From Clostridiales bacterium (lineage in GTDB: Bacteria > Bacillota > Clostridia > TANB77 > SIG350), in NCBI GenBank assembly GCA_015056545.1, contig SVGE01000002.1:12120-76119 (forward strand): DNA of 64,000 bases, in the 5' to 3' direction. The notes under the pieces were generated by a model. The model was not told where the DNA came from and ran no database searches. It worked only from the letters and a program-made list of their open reading frames with translations. The translations under genes were made by a program, and so were the position numbers. Below are positions 1 through 9,046 of the stretch, in pieces (within the stretch, counting starts at the first letter, position 1; every line of letters begins with the position of its first letter).

Positions 1-909
1 ACATCAGATTCATTTGGAGCTTTAAGCGAAGATGAAAAAGCTCAGGCTATGGAGCTTACTAAGGCAGATAATGAAGCTATAAACAAGCTTATGAAAGAAT
101 ATAAAAATAAGGAACATGTACCAGATACAGAAGTGCAAATGATGAAGAATCAATATGGTGATGATTTTGATGCATATTTTGTAGCTAAATATAAGGATAA
201 AAAATATTCAACAGAAGAAGTTGTACAAATGCTTGTAGAATCAACAGATTTAACAAATCAATATAAAACAGAAGAAGAAGCAAGAGCAGCTGCTGAAAGA
301 ATTATTGAAAAAATGGAAACAGTAAAAAATGAATATATAAAACCATTAGAAGTAGTTATTTGTATGATAACAGCAGTTATTGGATATTTTGTTCCAATGC
401 TAATTCTTAAATTCCAAAGGAAAATGAGAGAATTAGAAAGAGAAAACGAGGTAATGCAATTCCAAACATTAATATTAATGCTTATGAGAATTGAAAGAAT
501 ATCTGTTGAAACAATACTTGAATGGTTAGAAAGATTTGCAAATATATTTAAGCCAGCAATATCAACTTGTGTAAATAACTTTGAAGCAGGTGGATATGAG
601 GCATTAGAAGAATTAAAAGAAAATTCTACATATCAACCATTTATTAGAATAGTAGAAAATCTGCAATCAGCAGTAGATAAAATACCAATAGTAGATGCTT
701 TTGATGAATTAGAATCTGAAAGAGCTTTCTTCCAAGAAAAAAGAAAAGAAGCTAATGAAAGATTAATTACAAAAAAATCTATGTATGGTAAAGTAATAGG
801 ATTTGCGCCAATGATATCTCTATTTGTAGGATATCTAATAGTGCCATTAATATATGTTAGTATTGTATATATGGGTGAATATATGACACAAATGTCAGCA
901 ACCATGTAA
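1..909 (+). CDS. Type II secretion system F-domain (TadC/GspF-like) inner-membrane platform protein; 5' end probably lies outside the window
   Basis: Frame 1 has no stop between nt 1 and the ATG at 49, so the ORF is open at the window edge. It has a central TM (VVICMITAVIGYFVPMLIL), a helical soluble domain of about 150 aa, then a C-terminal TM pair (VIGFAPMISLFVGYLIVPLIYVSIVY), which is TadB/TadC-like topology. It sits directly upstream of the pilin-like genes. Confidence 0.55.
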   Translation, partial: TSDSFGALSEDEKAQAMELTKADNEAINKLMKEYKNKEHVPDTEVQMMKNQYGDDFDAYFVAKYKDKKYSTEEVVQMLVESTDLTNQYKTEEEARAAAERIIEKMETVKNEYIKPLEVVICMITAVIGYFVPMLILKFQRKMRELERENEVMQFQTLILMLMRIERISVETILEWLERFANIFKPAISTCVNNFEAGGYEALEELKENSTYQPFIRIVENLQSAVDKIPIVDAFDELESERAFFQEKRKEANERLITKKSMYGKVIGFAPMISLFVGYLIVPLIYVSIVYMGEYMTQMSATM

Positions 910-959
910 TACTTACTATAAATAAAGAATGATTAAATTAATATAAAGGGGGTGAATAT

Positions 960-1364
960 ATGGAAAACGCAAGTAAAGCTCTTTTAATAGCAGGTGCTAT
1001 ATTATTAGTTATAGCTATTATAGCTATAGGTATGACTATATTAGGTCAAGGACAAGATGTTGTAAATAAAACTGGAGGTCAAATAGGTGCTATGGCAATT
1101 AATGCTCATAATAGTCAATTTGGTGAAATACATAATAATGCAATAGTTAAAGGTACTGAATTAAAAAGAATTGCTTCAGTAGCTTTATCAAATAATCAAC
1201 AATCACAAGCAAATAAAGTATGTGATGTTACTATTACTATTGATGGAGTAGTTTTAGCAGCAAATACATTAGGAAATATAGTTACAAGTAGAGATTATAC
1301 AATAACTTTAGTAACATATACTAATGATGGTGCTATAACATCTTTCACAGCTACAGTAAGATAA
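960..1364 (+). CDS. Pilin-like paralog 1 (N-terminal MENASKALLIAG hydrophobic helix); possible major subunit
   Basis: Strong SD (aaaggggg) lies 8 nt upstream. The N-terminus is MENASKALLIAGAILLVIAIIAIG, with an AHNSQF motif and a C-terminal GAITSFTATV strand. It is the first of seven paralogs and is followed by a stem-loop. Confidence 0.6.
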   Translation: MENASKALLIAGAILLVIAIIAIGMTILGQGQDVVNKTGGQIGAMAINAHNSQFGEIHNNAIVKGTELKRIASVALSNNQQSQANKVCDVTITIDGVVLAANTLGNIVTSRDYTITLVTYTNDGAITSFTATVR

Positions 1365-1373
1365 TTACAAATT

Positions 1374-1413
1374 ACATATATGAGCAGTTATATTTAATAA
1401 CTGCTCTATATGT
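1374..1413 (+). promoter_or_regulatory. Stem-loop after the first pilin-like gene (no U-tract); possible partial terminator, RNA-stability or processing element
   Basis: Imperfect inverted repeat acatatatgagcagtta / taactgctctatatgt. It is followed by a 95-nt AT-rich spacer before the next SD. Confidence 0.35.
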
Positions 1414-1507
1414 AAAAATAAATATATTAATATATTATTTTATATAGTATATTAATATGTTTAGAAGTTTTAAACATAAAAAATTATTTTTTTAGGAGGA
1501 ATAAATT

Positions 1508-1954
1508 ATGGAAAACGCAAGTAAAGCTTTGCTTATCGCAGGAGCGATATTATTAGTAATAGCTATTATAGCTATAGCAGTAGGAATAGTAAGTTCTACA
1601 AGAGGTACAATTGGTGTAGCAGAAAATCAAATTGATGCAATGGAAGTAAAAATGCATAATAATCAATTTACAATATATGAAGGTGAAGTAACAGGTGCTG
1701 AAGTAAAAGATTGTGTTTCAAAAGCATTATCTAATAACACCAATACTAAACAATCAGAGATGAAAGTATGGGTTGTAGTTACTGCTAAAAATAGTGCAGG
1801 GGCAAATGTTACAACAAATTATGGAGTAAATGGTTCTACTACATATAATACAACATTTACATCATCAAGTGTAGAGACTAGTGCTAGATTTAATTGTGTT
1901 ACTTCAATAAATTCACAAGGTATAATAAATAAAATTACTTTTACACAAAAATAG
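1508..1954 (+). CDS. Pilin-like paralog 2
   Basis: SD aggagg. N-terminus MENASKALLIAGAILLVIAIIAIAVGIVSSTRGTIGVAENQIDAM, MHNNQFTIYEG motif, C-terminal GIINKITF. Confidence 0.6.
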   Translation: MENASKALLIAGAILLVIAIIAIAVGIVSSTRGTIGVAENQIDAMEVKMHNNQFTIYEGEVTGAEVKDCVSKALSNNTNTKQSEMKVWVVVTAKNSAGANVTTNYGVNGSTTYNTTFTSSSVETSARFNCVTSINSQGIINKITFTQK

Positions 1955-1964
1955 GTGATAAATT

Positions 1965-2396
1965 ATGGAAAATGCAAGTAAAGCATTATTAATAGCTGGT
2001 GGCGTTTTAGTAACATTAGCTGTAGTTTCAATAATAATGATAATATTTAATAAAGGAAGAGACTTTAATAAAACTCAAGTTGATAGTTTTGATAAAAAAA
2101 AGATTGCTTATCATAATAGCCAGTTTGCTGCTTATGAAAGAGAATTAGAAAAAGCAGAACTTCAAAAATTAATTGATGTAGCTATTAAAAATAACATAAA
2201 TGCAGAAAATAAAGAATATGTAGTTTCTGTTATATATAATGGTGTTAATTATTCTTTTAATCCTACATCTAAAAAATTAATGTATAACGGAAATGATTTA
2301 GAAGATATTAAACATGATAGTTTAGATAAATTTAATTGTTACACCAAAACTAATACTTATGGAATAATTACTGAAATTTATATAAATAAAATTTAG
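1965..2396 (+). CDS. Pilin-like paralog 3
   Basis: SD ggtga. N-terminus MENASKALLIAGGVLVTLAVVSII, YHNSQFAAYE motif, C-terminal GIITEIYI. The gap from the previous gene is 10 nt. Confidence 0.6.
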   Translation: MENASKALLIAGGVLVTLAVVSIIMIIFNKGRDFNKTQVDSFDKKKIAYHNSQFAAYERELEKAELQKLIDVAIKNNINAENKEYVVSVIYNGVNYSFNPTSKKLMYNGNDLEDIKHDSLDKFNCYTKTNTYGIITEIYINKI

Positions 2397-2407
2397 GGGG
2401 AAAACCT

Positions 2408-2902
2408 ATGGAAAATGCAAGTAAAGCATTATTAATTGCTGGAGCAATATTATTAGTAATAGCAATAATAGCAATAGCTGTGGGGATAGTAAGTAGTACC
2501 AGAGGAACTATAGATGTGGCAGGTAATCAAATAGATGGAATGTCAGTACAAATGCATAATAAACAATTTGAAGAGTATGCAGGTATTGGAAAAAGTATTG
2601 ATGAAGCAAAAGAATTAATAAGATTAGTAGCTTCTAATAATAGTAGCACACAAGATTCAAAAAGAAAAATAGAAGTTGAACTTTGGAATCAATTTGCTAC
2701 ACATGATCAAAATAAATTTGAAGGACAATATTGGGATAAATTACGTTCAGAAACAGAAGTAACTACTATATATAACTGGAGATTTTTTACCGAAGGTTCT
2801 GAAACAACTGGTGGAAATATAGGTAGAACATATAATATTAAATTAACATATGATTCATCAGGTTACATAACAAAGATTGATTTTTATAGAAGGTATAAAT
2901 AG
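2408..2902 (+). CDS. Pilin-like paralog 4
   Basis: SD ggggga. N-terminus MENASKALLIAGAILLVIAIIAIAVGIVSSTRGTI, MHNKQFEEYAG motif, C-terminal GYITKIDF. Confidence 0.6.
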   Translation: MENASKALLIAGAILLVIAIIAIAVGIVSSTRGTIDVAGNQIDGMSVQMHNKQFEEYAGIGKSIDEAKELIRLVASNNSSTQDSKRKIEVELWNQFATHDQNKFEGQYWDKLRSETEVTTIYNWRFFTEGSETTGGNIGRTYNIKLTYDSSGYITKIDFYRRYK

Positions 2903-2921
2903 AATTTAGGAGGAATAAACT

Positions 2922-3413
2922 ATGGAGAATGCAAGTAAAGCATTACTTATTGCAGGAGCAATATTACTAGTAATAGCTATAATAGCGATAGGAGTAGGAA
3001 TAGTAAGTAGTACTAGAGGAACGATAGGTGTAGCTGAAAATCAAATATCTTCAATGGAGATACAAATGCATAATGAACAATTTAAAAAGTATGAAGGTAA
3101 AGGAAAAACATATAATCAAGTAAAAGAAATATTAGCAGAAATGACAGCATATAACTCAGGCTTAAAAGATTCTGGTTTAAAAGTACAAGTAAAAACATAT
3201 AGGTATGCTAATGCTACTAATACTACTATTAATTCAAGCCATTCTTGTACTAAAGATCCAGATGCTATATATACAGGAGCAGGTTGTTATTTATTTGGAA
3301 GTAAAGCAACTTATGGAGCAAGTCATACAGAAAATTATTTATATGATATTTTCTGTGAATATGATGCTACAGGTGCTGTTAAATATATAAAATTGGTAAG
3401 ATACTATAACTAA
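2922..3413 (+). CDS. Pilin-like paralog 5
   Basis: SD aggagg. N-terminus MENASKALLIAGAILLVIAIIAIGVGIVSSTRGTI, MHNEQFKKYEG motif, C-terminal GAVKYIKL. Confidence 0.6.
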   Translation: MENASKALLIAGAILLVIAIIAIGVGIVSSTRGTIGVAENQISSMEIQMHNEQFKKYEGKGKTYNQVKEILAEMTAYNSGLKDSGLKVQVKTYRYANATNTTINSSHSCTKDPDAIYTGAGCYLFGSKATYGASHTENYLYDIFCEYDATGAVKYIKLVRYYN

Positions 3414-3426
3414 AGTGGGTGATGAT

Positions 3427-3849
3427 ATGGAAAATGCAAGTAAAGCTGTTATAATAGCAGGAGCAATATTGCTAATGTTAGCTATAATATCAATGGGAGT
3501 TATAATATTTGGAAAAGGAAAAATATTTGTAGATACTATGGATAAGCAATTATCTCAAAGTGATATACAAAACCACAATGCACAATTTACTAGATTTGAG
3601 GGTAATGTTTCAGGTGCAGAAGTAAAAAATGCGTGTAATGCTGTGGCACAAACAAATGAAAAAAATAAAGTTATATCTATGCAAATAATTGTATTAGAAA
3701 AAAATGGTACACAGTTTGCTAAGCATTCTAAGACTAATGATAATTTAAATAAAATTATGAATCAAGTTTCTAATACTCAAATGTTTAAAGGTAGTGTAAC
3801 ATATAACAGTGAAGGAATAATAGATACATTAACATTTAAAAAACAATAA
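3427..3849 (+). CDS. Pilin-like paralog 6
   Basis: The ORF track starts at GTG 3415. ATG 3427 restores the family N-terminus MENASKAVIIAGAILLMLAIISMG, and gtgggtga serves as the SD. It has an NHNAQFTRFEG motif and C-terminal GIIDTLTF. Confidence 0.6.
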   Translation: MENASKAVIIAGAILLMLAIISMGVIIFGKGKIFVDTMDKQLSQSDIQNHNAQFTRFEGNVSGAEVKNACNAVAQTNEKNKVISMQIIVLEKNGTQFAKHSKTNDNLNKIMNQVSNTQMFKGSVTYNSEGIIDTLTFKKQ

Positions 3850-3937
3850 TACATTAATAGAAATATTAATGTATATATGTCCTAGTTTTTAGGATATATA
3901 TATATTAATATATATATAGTTGGAAGGAGATAAATAT

Positions 3938-4402
3938 ATGGAAAATGCAAGTAAAGCATTATTAATAGCTGGTGGAGTTTTAGTTGCTCTTTTAGTAATA
4001 AGTTTAGGTATGTATATAATAGGGCGAGCACAAAATACAGCTGTTTCAGCAGAAGAAAGAAGATTACAAACTTTAACACAAGAACAAATAAATAAATTTT
4101 CACAGTATTCAGGAGAAATATATGGTATGGAAGTTGAAAACTGTATAAGAAGAATAGCTTCATATAATAAAGATAAAGCAAGTTCTGAAAGAATATTAAT
4201 AACATTATCTAAAAATACCGGTGGAACAGGTATAGTAGAATATGATGGTTCAGCAGATGAAATAATTGATCCTGCAATTGCAAATAAAATGAAAAATATT
4301 ATGAGTGAAACAGATAGAAATGATATATATACTGGGACAATAACATATTTAGCTAATGGAATGATAGAAAAAATAGATTTTGTTTTAAAAGAAAAAAAAT
4401 AA
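3938..4402 (+). CDS. Pilin-like paralog 7 (most divergent)
   Basis: The ORF track starts at TTG 3920. ATG 3938 follows SD ggaaggag and restores MENASKALLIAGGVLVALLVISLG. The HNxQF motif is degenerate (INKFSQYSGE) and the C-terminus is GMIEKIDF. Hairpins at about 3850-3900 precede it. Confidence 0.55.
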   Translation: MENASKALLIAGGVLVALLVISLGMYIIGRAQNTAVSAEERRLQTLTQEQINKFSQYSGEIYGMEVENCIRRIASYNKDKASSERILITLSKNTGGTGIVEYDGSADEIIDPAIANKMKNIMSETDRNDIYTGTITYLANGMIEKIDFVLKEKK

Positions 4403-4414
4403 GGAGAATAAAAT

Positions 4415-4882
4415 ATGGAAGATGCTGCAAAAGCAATTGAATTAGCTGTTGGTGTAATTATTTTTATTGTTGCATTAACAATAGGACTTTTATTATATAA
4501 TAAATTAGCAGATACAGCTAATAATGCATTAACTATAAATGATACACAAAATAGTGTTACATATAATAAAAATGATTTACCTAAAGATTTCGGATATATA
4601 TATAATTCAGAAGATATATATTATCTAATAAAAGATATAAAAAGTGATAATGAATTATATAGTGAAGTTAATAGAATTTATGTAGGAGAAGGGAATTATA
4701 CAAATGAAGAAGGTATTTCATATACTCCTAAAACTAAAGTATCAATTAATGAAAATCAGTTTAATGGCAGTAATGAAAAATATAAGCTAAAATATGAATA
4801 TGAGTATATTGAAAAAGATATTTTAACAGAGTTAAATACTCATAAACCAAAAGAAATATATATTATTAAATATGTAGAATAA
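4415..4882 (+). CDS. N-terminally anchored small protein, possible TadE-like minor pilin
   Basis: SD aaggag. The N-terminus MEDAAKAIELAVGVIIFIVALTIGLL has an A-I-E-L-A + hydrophobic pattern resembling the TadE/Flp A-(V/I)-E-(F/Y)-(A/G)-L core. It is in the same operon as the pilin-like genes. Confidence 0.35.
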   Translation: MEDAAKAIELAVGVIIFIVALTIGLLLYNKLADTANNALTINDTQNSVTYNKNDLPKDFGYIYNSEDIYYLIKDIKSDNELYSEVNRIYVGEGNYTNEEGISYTPKTKVSINENQFNGSNEKYKLKYEYEYIEKDILTELNTHKPKEIYIIKYVE

Positions 4883-4901
4883 ATAGAAAAGGAGAGTAAA
4901 T

Positions 4902-5474
4902 ATGGGAGATATTTTAGAGAAAATATTTGCAGTAATTTTGGTAGTAATTTTGATGTTTTTCTTTCCTTTACTTGATTCATTTGAAAGGATGGATGACTTA
5001 TCATATATGACAGTTTATGCAGCAACTGTTAAATTTGTTGATGCAGTTAGAACTACTGGTCATATTACACCAACAATGTATTCAGAATTTATGCAAAAAT
5101 TAAATTCAACAGGAAATAAATATGATGTAGAAATGGTACATAGAAAAAGCATGTATTATCCAGCAAAAGATGTTGGAGGAATTGCTCCAGAACATGGAAA
5201 TGTTCGTTTGGATGAGGAATTTAATACTGAGCAAATATTATTTAGTATGGGATATTATACATATGATAATGCAACAAATACATTAAATGAAACTTCTCCA
5301 ACAAGTGATGAAGGATATACAAATTTTTCTGTAGGAGATTATTTTTATGTATCAGTACAAAACACATCAGCAACACCAGCAACTGTAATAAAAAGAGTTA
5401 TATATGGAAATAATGTAACAGATTTAGTTATTATGGTTCCATATGGAGGAATGGTACAAAATGATGGAAAATAG
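4902..5474 (+). CDS. N-terminally anchored protein of the filament operon (function unknown)
   Basis: SD aaggagag. There is a single N-terminal TM (IFAVILVVILMFFFPLL). The gene is tightly spaced within the operon. Confidence 0.4.
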   Translation: MGDILEKIFAVILVVILMFFFPLLDSFERMDDLSYMTVYAATVKFVDAVRTTGHITPTMYSEFMQKLNSTGNKYDVEMVHRKSMYYPAKDVGGIAPEHGNVRLDEEFNTEQILFSMGYYTYDNATNTLNETSPTSDEGYTNFSVGDYFYVSVQNTSATPATVIKRVIYGNNVTDLVIMVPYGGMVQNDGK

Positions 5475-5487
5475 AAAGAGGTAAAAT

Positions 5488-8400
5488 ATGAAAATAGTAT
5501 CATGGGGGATAATATTTGTAATAGTTATTTTTTCTTTTTCTTTTATTAATAGGGTAATTCTTAATGATAAAATGGAAATAATGAAGGAAGAAGTTAATTA
5601 CAATAATACATTAGAATTAGCTGTAGGGGATGCAACTACTGAATTAAAAGCTCAAATGAATAGTATTATGGGAACATATAATGAAACTCAAGAAATGATG
5701 CTAACTGTAGCAAAAAAGTTTTTTGATAGTTTTTCAATTGGGTTTGGATACTATGGAGGAAATTCAAAAGAGTCCCTAGTAAAAATGTATATTCCAGCAT
5801 TAACAATGATGACTTATGATGGCTTTTATATGTATACATTAGATTATGTAACAGATAATGCAGGGAATCAATATATTGAGCATACATTAAAACCAGAAGT
5901 AAAATATGTATATAATGATAGTGAAAGTAAAATAAATTTTACTTTAGATAATAGTATAATATTAAATGAAAATGTGCAAATCATAGATTATTCTAATCCT
6001 GTTATGGAACCAGTTTATGCAAAAGATGAAGCTGGAAATGATGTGTTTGATGCAGATGGAAATAAAGTAATTATAGGATATGAGCAAAAGAAAGACCCAT
6101 CTACTGGAAATTTAATTTATTATTTAAAGGATACTAATACAGGTAGGGTTGTTGATTTAAATCATTATTATGATATAGAGATTAGAAGTGATTCTTCATG
6201 GCAACAGGAAATTGGAGGAAAAACATTTACTTTTAGAAAAGAAGGAAATTTATGTTATACTTCAAATGAAGCATATGAAGCAGATGTAAATAAAGTAATA
6301 GTATATGAAAAATCATTTTATAATCTAAATGGAATAAGATATTTACTTGAAGAATGGAGAATAAAAGCAACAGATGAATTAATAGAACAAAGAATGACAG
6401 AATATACAGAAGAACAATTAGTTTTTTCACAATCAATTGAAGCTAATATAAGTAATAAATATGGTGAAACAAATGAAATTACTAGTGGTGGATATTTAGT
6501 TTGGGAAACAGATAAACTAAATCCATCAAAAGAATATATAACATATCTTACAAGAGGAAATTCTGAAAATGAAGGTTTTGTAAATCCTTTAACAGGAGAA
6601 TATGAAATAGGTGAATTCCATAAAGTAAGAAGAGAAGTAATAACAAAACAAATTAAAGATAATTTAGAATATTATATATTATTACATAATAAATTTGCAG
6701 AAAATAATGGAATTACATATACATTTACTGTACCTGAGGTAAAAGATACAGATTGGGAAAATGCTATTACAGATATGTCTGTATTTGCATTTGTACAAGG
6801 TATACCAATGGTAAGTGGGGAATATTATAATAATTATGGTATAGCAGGAGCTAAGGTAATAAATAAAGAATTATTTTATGGATTGCCACCTGAAACTGCG
6901 CAAATAGAGCCAGGAAAGGTACCAACATATTATTCAAGCAGACATATTGGTTCAGCAAAAACATATTTATTTGAAAGAAATAATGCACGTGTTTTTGATA
7001 ATCCAAAAGATGCAGCAGATTATGGATATTATCCTAATATAGATGGAAATATAGAGCAGGTAGAAGAATTAGAAAGAGATGTATGGGATATAGATATAAT
7101 AAAAGAAGGATTTAATTGTATAAAAGCAGGTGATGTAATATCTATACCAATAATTTTATCAGATGATATAATTCCATCTGAAATAAAATGGGTGCAAGGA
7201 GAAGAGTCAAGATATTATTTCTCAAGTGCAGGAAATGCTAAAAATATTGGTACAAAACGTGTACAATATGATGCAGGAAAAGTATTAGATACTGCAGTAG
7301 ATATTACTGTACAAGATGGAACTAATATTTCATGGCAATATGCACAACGAGAAGGAAAAAGAGTAGTATTTATTGTGTTAAATGCAGGATATGCACCAAC
7401 TTCTGTTGGAACTACATCATATACAATATTTATTAGAGATATGGAAGGTAATAGTAAAGTTGCAACTATATCATTAAATATAGTAAATAACAATGATATG
7501 ATAATATCTCAAACATCAAGTAAAACAGATAATGATACAGATCCTAATAATACTATTACAGGAACTTTTAGTTATAGAAATTGGAGTAATTTATTAAAAG
7601 AAGATACTCCTAATAATAAAGATTTAGATTTAACAAATGATACATATATGGCATATTGGGCAAAAGGAAAACTAAATGGTTTAACAATTGAGTCATATTA
7701 TGAAACATTACTTCAAGGAAATTCTGTATCAGGGGTAAATGAACTTAACCAAACAGGAACAAATTCATGGTCATTTAATGTAAATGAATATGGATACTAT
7801 ACAGTATTTGTTTGGGACTGTACTGGAGAACCTTGGGTAGGGGAAATAATTATTCTTCCTGAATTAAAAGTTACATATAGAATAGATGCATATGGACCAG
7901 ATATTGCTACAGGAAATAATATGTTAATAGAGACAATTGAGTATGATGAACTAGGTAATATAATATCTGGATCAACAGAAATAGAGCAGCAAATAGATTA
8001 TGGAAAGGTATATATAGAAATTAATAGAACATTAGAGCAATTGAAGTATGTAGAATATAAAAAAGGTAATTTTGATGTAACTGCTAATGCAAGTGCTGGT
8101 ATAGAGGCATATGTACCTAATACAGGAACTAATATTAAAGGAATAAACACATTTGATTTAACAGAAAACAACTATTACACTGTATATGTCGAAGATGTTA
8201 TATCTGCAAAAGAATGTGTACAAATTAACTTTGAGTTAATAACAAGTGCATTTATACCAAACTTTAATAATTGGATTATACCAGATTTAGAATATCAGAA
8301 AAAAGAAAAATCTGTAACTAATACATGGTATTGTGATGTAAATATGGATGACCCAAGTTGTATACTAGGAACACATTATGATATTGTTAATCATAGTAAA

Positions 8401-9039
8401 GGAACAATAAAGTCTCGTGAGACTGGCAGCAGATTTGAACCTATTATAAGAACTCAAAATACATTAACTTTTGGAGGGTATGAAAGTGAAAGCTATTCAG
8501 ACATTATTTTTACAAATGCAGATCCAAAATATGAAATAGTATTTAGATATACAATAAATGATGCTGATGTATCTTATCATAGTTCTAAAGGAGCAGGTTT
8601 CTTATTTGATTGTAATGTAACTACTACAACTAGAAGTGATGGATATAAAAATTATACTTTAAATTCAGCTTATTTACTATTATATGAAAAATCTAGCATA
8701 AATCTATATCGAGTTAATAGTAGTAGTAATTTAACAGGAGTAAGGAATAGTTCGCTTAGTTTAGTCTCAACAGGTAATAGTAGTACAAAGCTTTCAGGAG
8801 GAATACATGAAACTAGATTAGAAATTAGACAAATAAATGATACACAGCAAAAATTAGTATTAAAAGAAAAAAATTCATCTGGAAATTGGCAAGAACTTAT
8901 TAATACGACAATTTCTCATAATAAGCAAACTGAAAATGCATATGGAGTAATAATGAAACATTCTAGTCATGCGTGTGAATATGTATCAGCATTTAAATTT
9001 AATAATATGAGTATAATACAAAAAGATTATGCAAATTAA
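5488..9039 (+). CDS. Large (1183 aa) N-terminally anchored, Asn/Thr/Tyr-rich multidomain protein; putative filament-associated adhesin
   Basis: SD agagg. There is an N-terminal TM (IVSWGIIFVIVIFSFSFI). A beta-sandwich-type module ending recurs three times (TSYTIFIRDMEGN, GYYTVFVWDCTGE, NYYTVYVEDVISA). The C-terminal 220 aa or so look like a jelly-roll/lectin fold, but this is inference only. It is the last gene before the hairpin at 9047. Confidence 0.45.
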   Translation: MKIVSWGIIFVIVIFSFSFINRVILNDKMEIMKEEVNYNNTLELAVGDATTELKAQMNSIMGTYNETQEMMLTVAKKFFDSFSIGFGYYGGNSKESLVKMYIPALTMMTYDGFYMYTLDYVTDNAGNQYIEHTLKPEVKYVYNDSESKINFTLDNSIILNENVQIIDYSNPVMEPVYAKDEAGNDVFDADGNKVIIGYEQKKDPSTGNLIYYLKDTNTGRVVDLNHYYDIEIRSDSSWQQEIGGKTFTFRKEGNLCYTSNEAYEADVNKVIVYEKSFYNLNGIRYLLEEWRIKATDELIEQRMTEYTEEQLVFSQSIEANISNKYGETNEITSGGYLVWETDKLNPSKEYITYLTRGNSENEGFVNPLTGEYEIGEFHKVRREVITKQIKDNLEYYILLHNKFAENNGITYTFTVPEVKDTDWENAITDMSVFAFVQGIPMVSGEYYNNYGIAGAKVINKELFYGLPPETAQIEPGKVPTYYSSRHIGSAKTYLFERNNARVFDNPKDAADYGYYPNIDGNIEQVEELERDVWDIDIIKEGFNCIKAGDVISIPIILSDDIIPSEIKWVQGEESRYYFSSAGNAKNIGTKRVQYDAGKVLDTAVDITVQDGTNISWQYAQREGKRVVFIVLNAGYAPTSVGTTSYTIFIRDMEGNSKVATISLNIVNNNDMIISQTSSKTDNDTDPNNTITGTFSYRNWSNLLKEDTPNNKDLDLTNDTYMAYWAKGKLNGLTIESYYETLLQGNSVSGVNELNQTGTNSWSFNVNEYGYYTVFVWDCTGEPWVGEIIILPELKVTYRIDAYGPDIATGNNMLIETIEYDELGNIISGSTEIEQQIDYGKVYIEINRTLEQLKYVEYKKGNFDVTANASAGIEAYVPNTGTNIKGINTFDLTENNYYTVYVEDVISAKECVQINFELITSAFIPNFNNWIIPDLEYQKKEKSVTNTWYCDVNMDDPSCILGTHYDIVNHSKGTIKSRETGSRFEPIIRTQNTLTFGGYESESYSDIIFTNADPKYEIVFRYTINDADVSYHSSKGAGFLFDCNVTTTTRSDGYKNYTLNSAYLLLYEKSSINLYRVNSSSNLTGVRNSSLSLVSTGNSSTKLSGGIHETRLEIRQINDTQQKLVLKEKNSSGNWQELINTTISHNKQTENAYGVIMKHSSHACEYVSAFKFNNMSIIQKDYAN

Positions 9040-9046
9040 AATATAT

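Noticed and set aside
633-905. Antisense or alternative-frame ORFs from the six-frame track lie inside longer, well-supported genes. Examples are 633-905(-), 3205-3390(+), 3882-4205(-), 5666-5887(-), 6233-6436(-), 7215-7493(-), 10645-10827(-), 10712-11032(+), 12426-12653(-), 18341-18598(+), 19356-19619(-), 40194-40394(-), 51131-51572(-), 52471-52807(-), 53797-54000(-), 56144-56338(-), 59563-59983(-) and 63563-63748(-).
   Set aside because: They have no SD and their composition is Leu/Ile/Phe/Tyr-rich, typical of the reverse strand of AT-rich coding DNA. Each is fully embedded in an ORF with clear motifs or operon context.
960-4402. A periodic repeat of a roughly 75-nt conserved block every 430-550 nt might have been a CRISPR-like or other non-coding array.
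   Set aside because: The conserved blocks are the 5' ends of seven ORFs, each with an SD. They vary at synonymous positions, and the spacers are full-length coding regions. No CRISPR repeat/spacer geometry or cas genes occur anywhere in the window.
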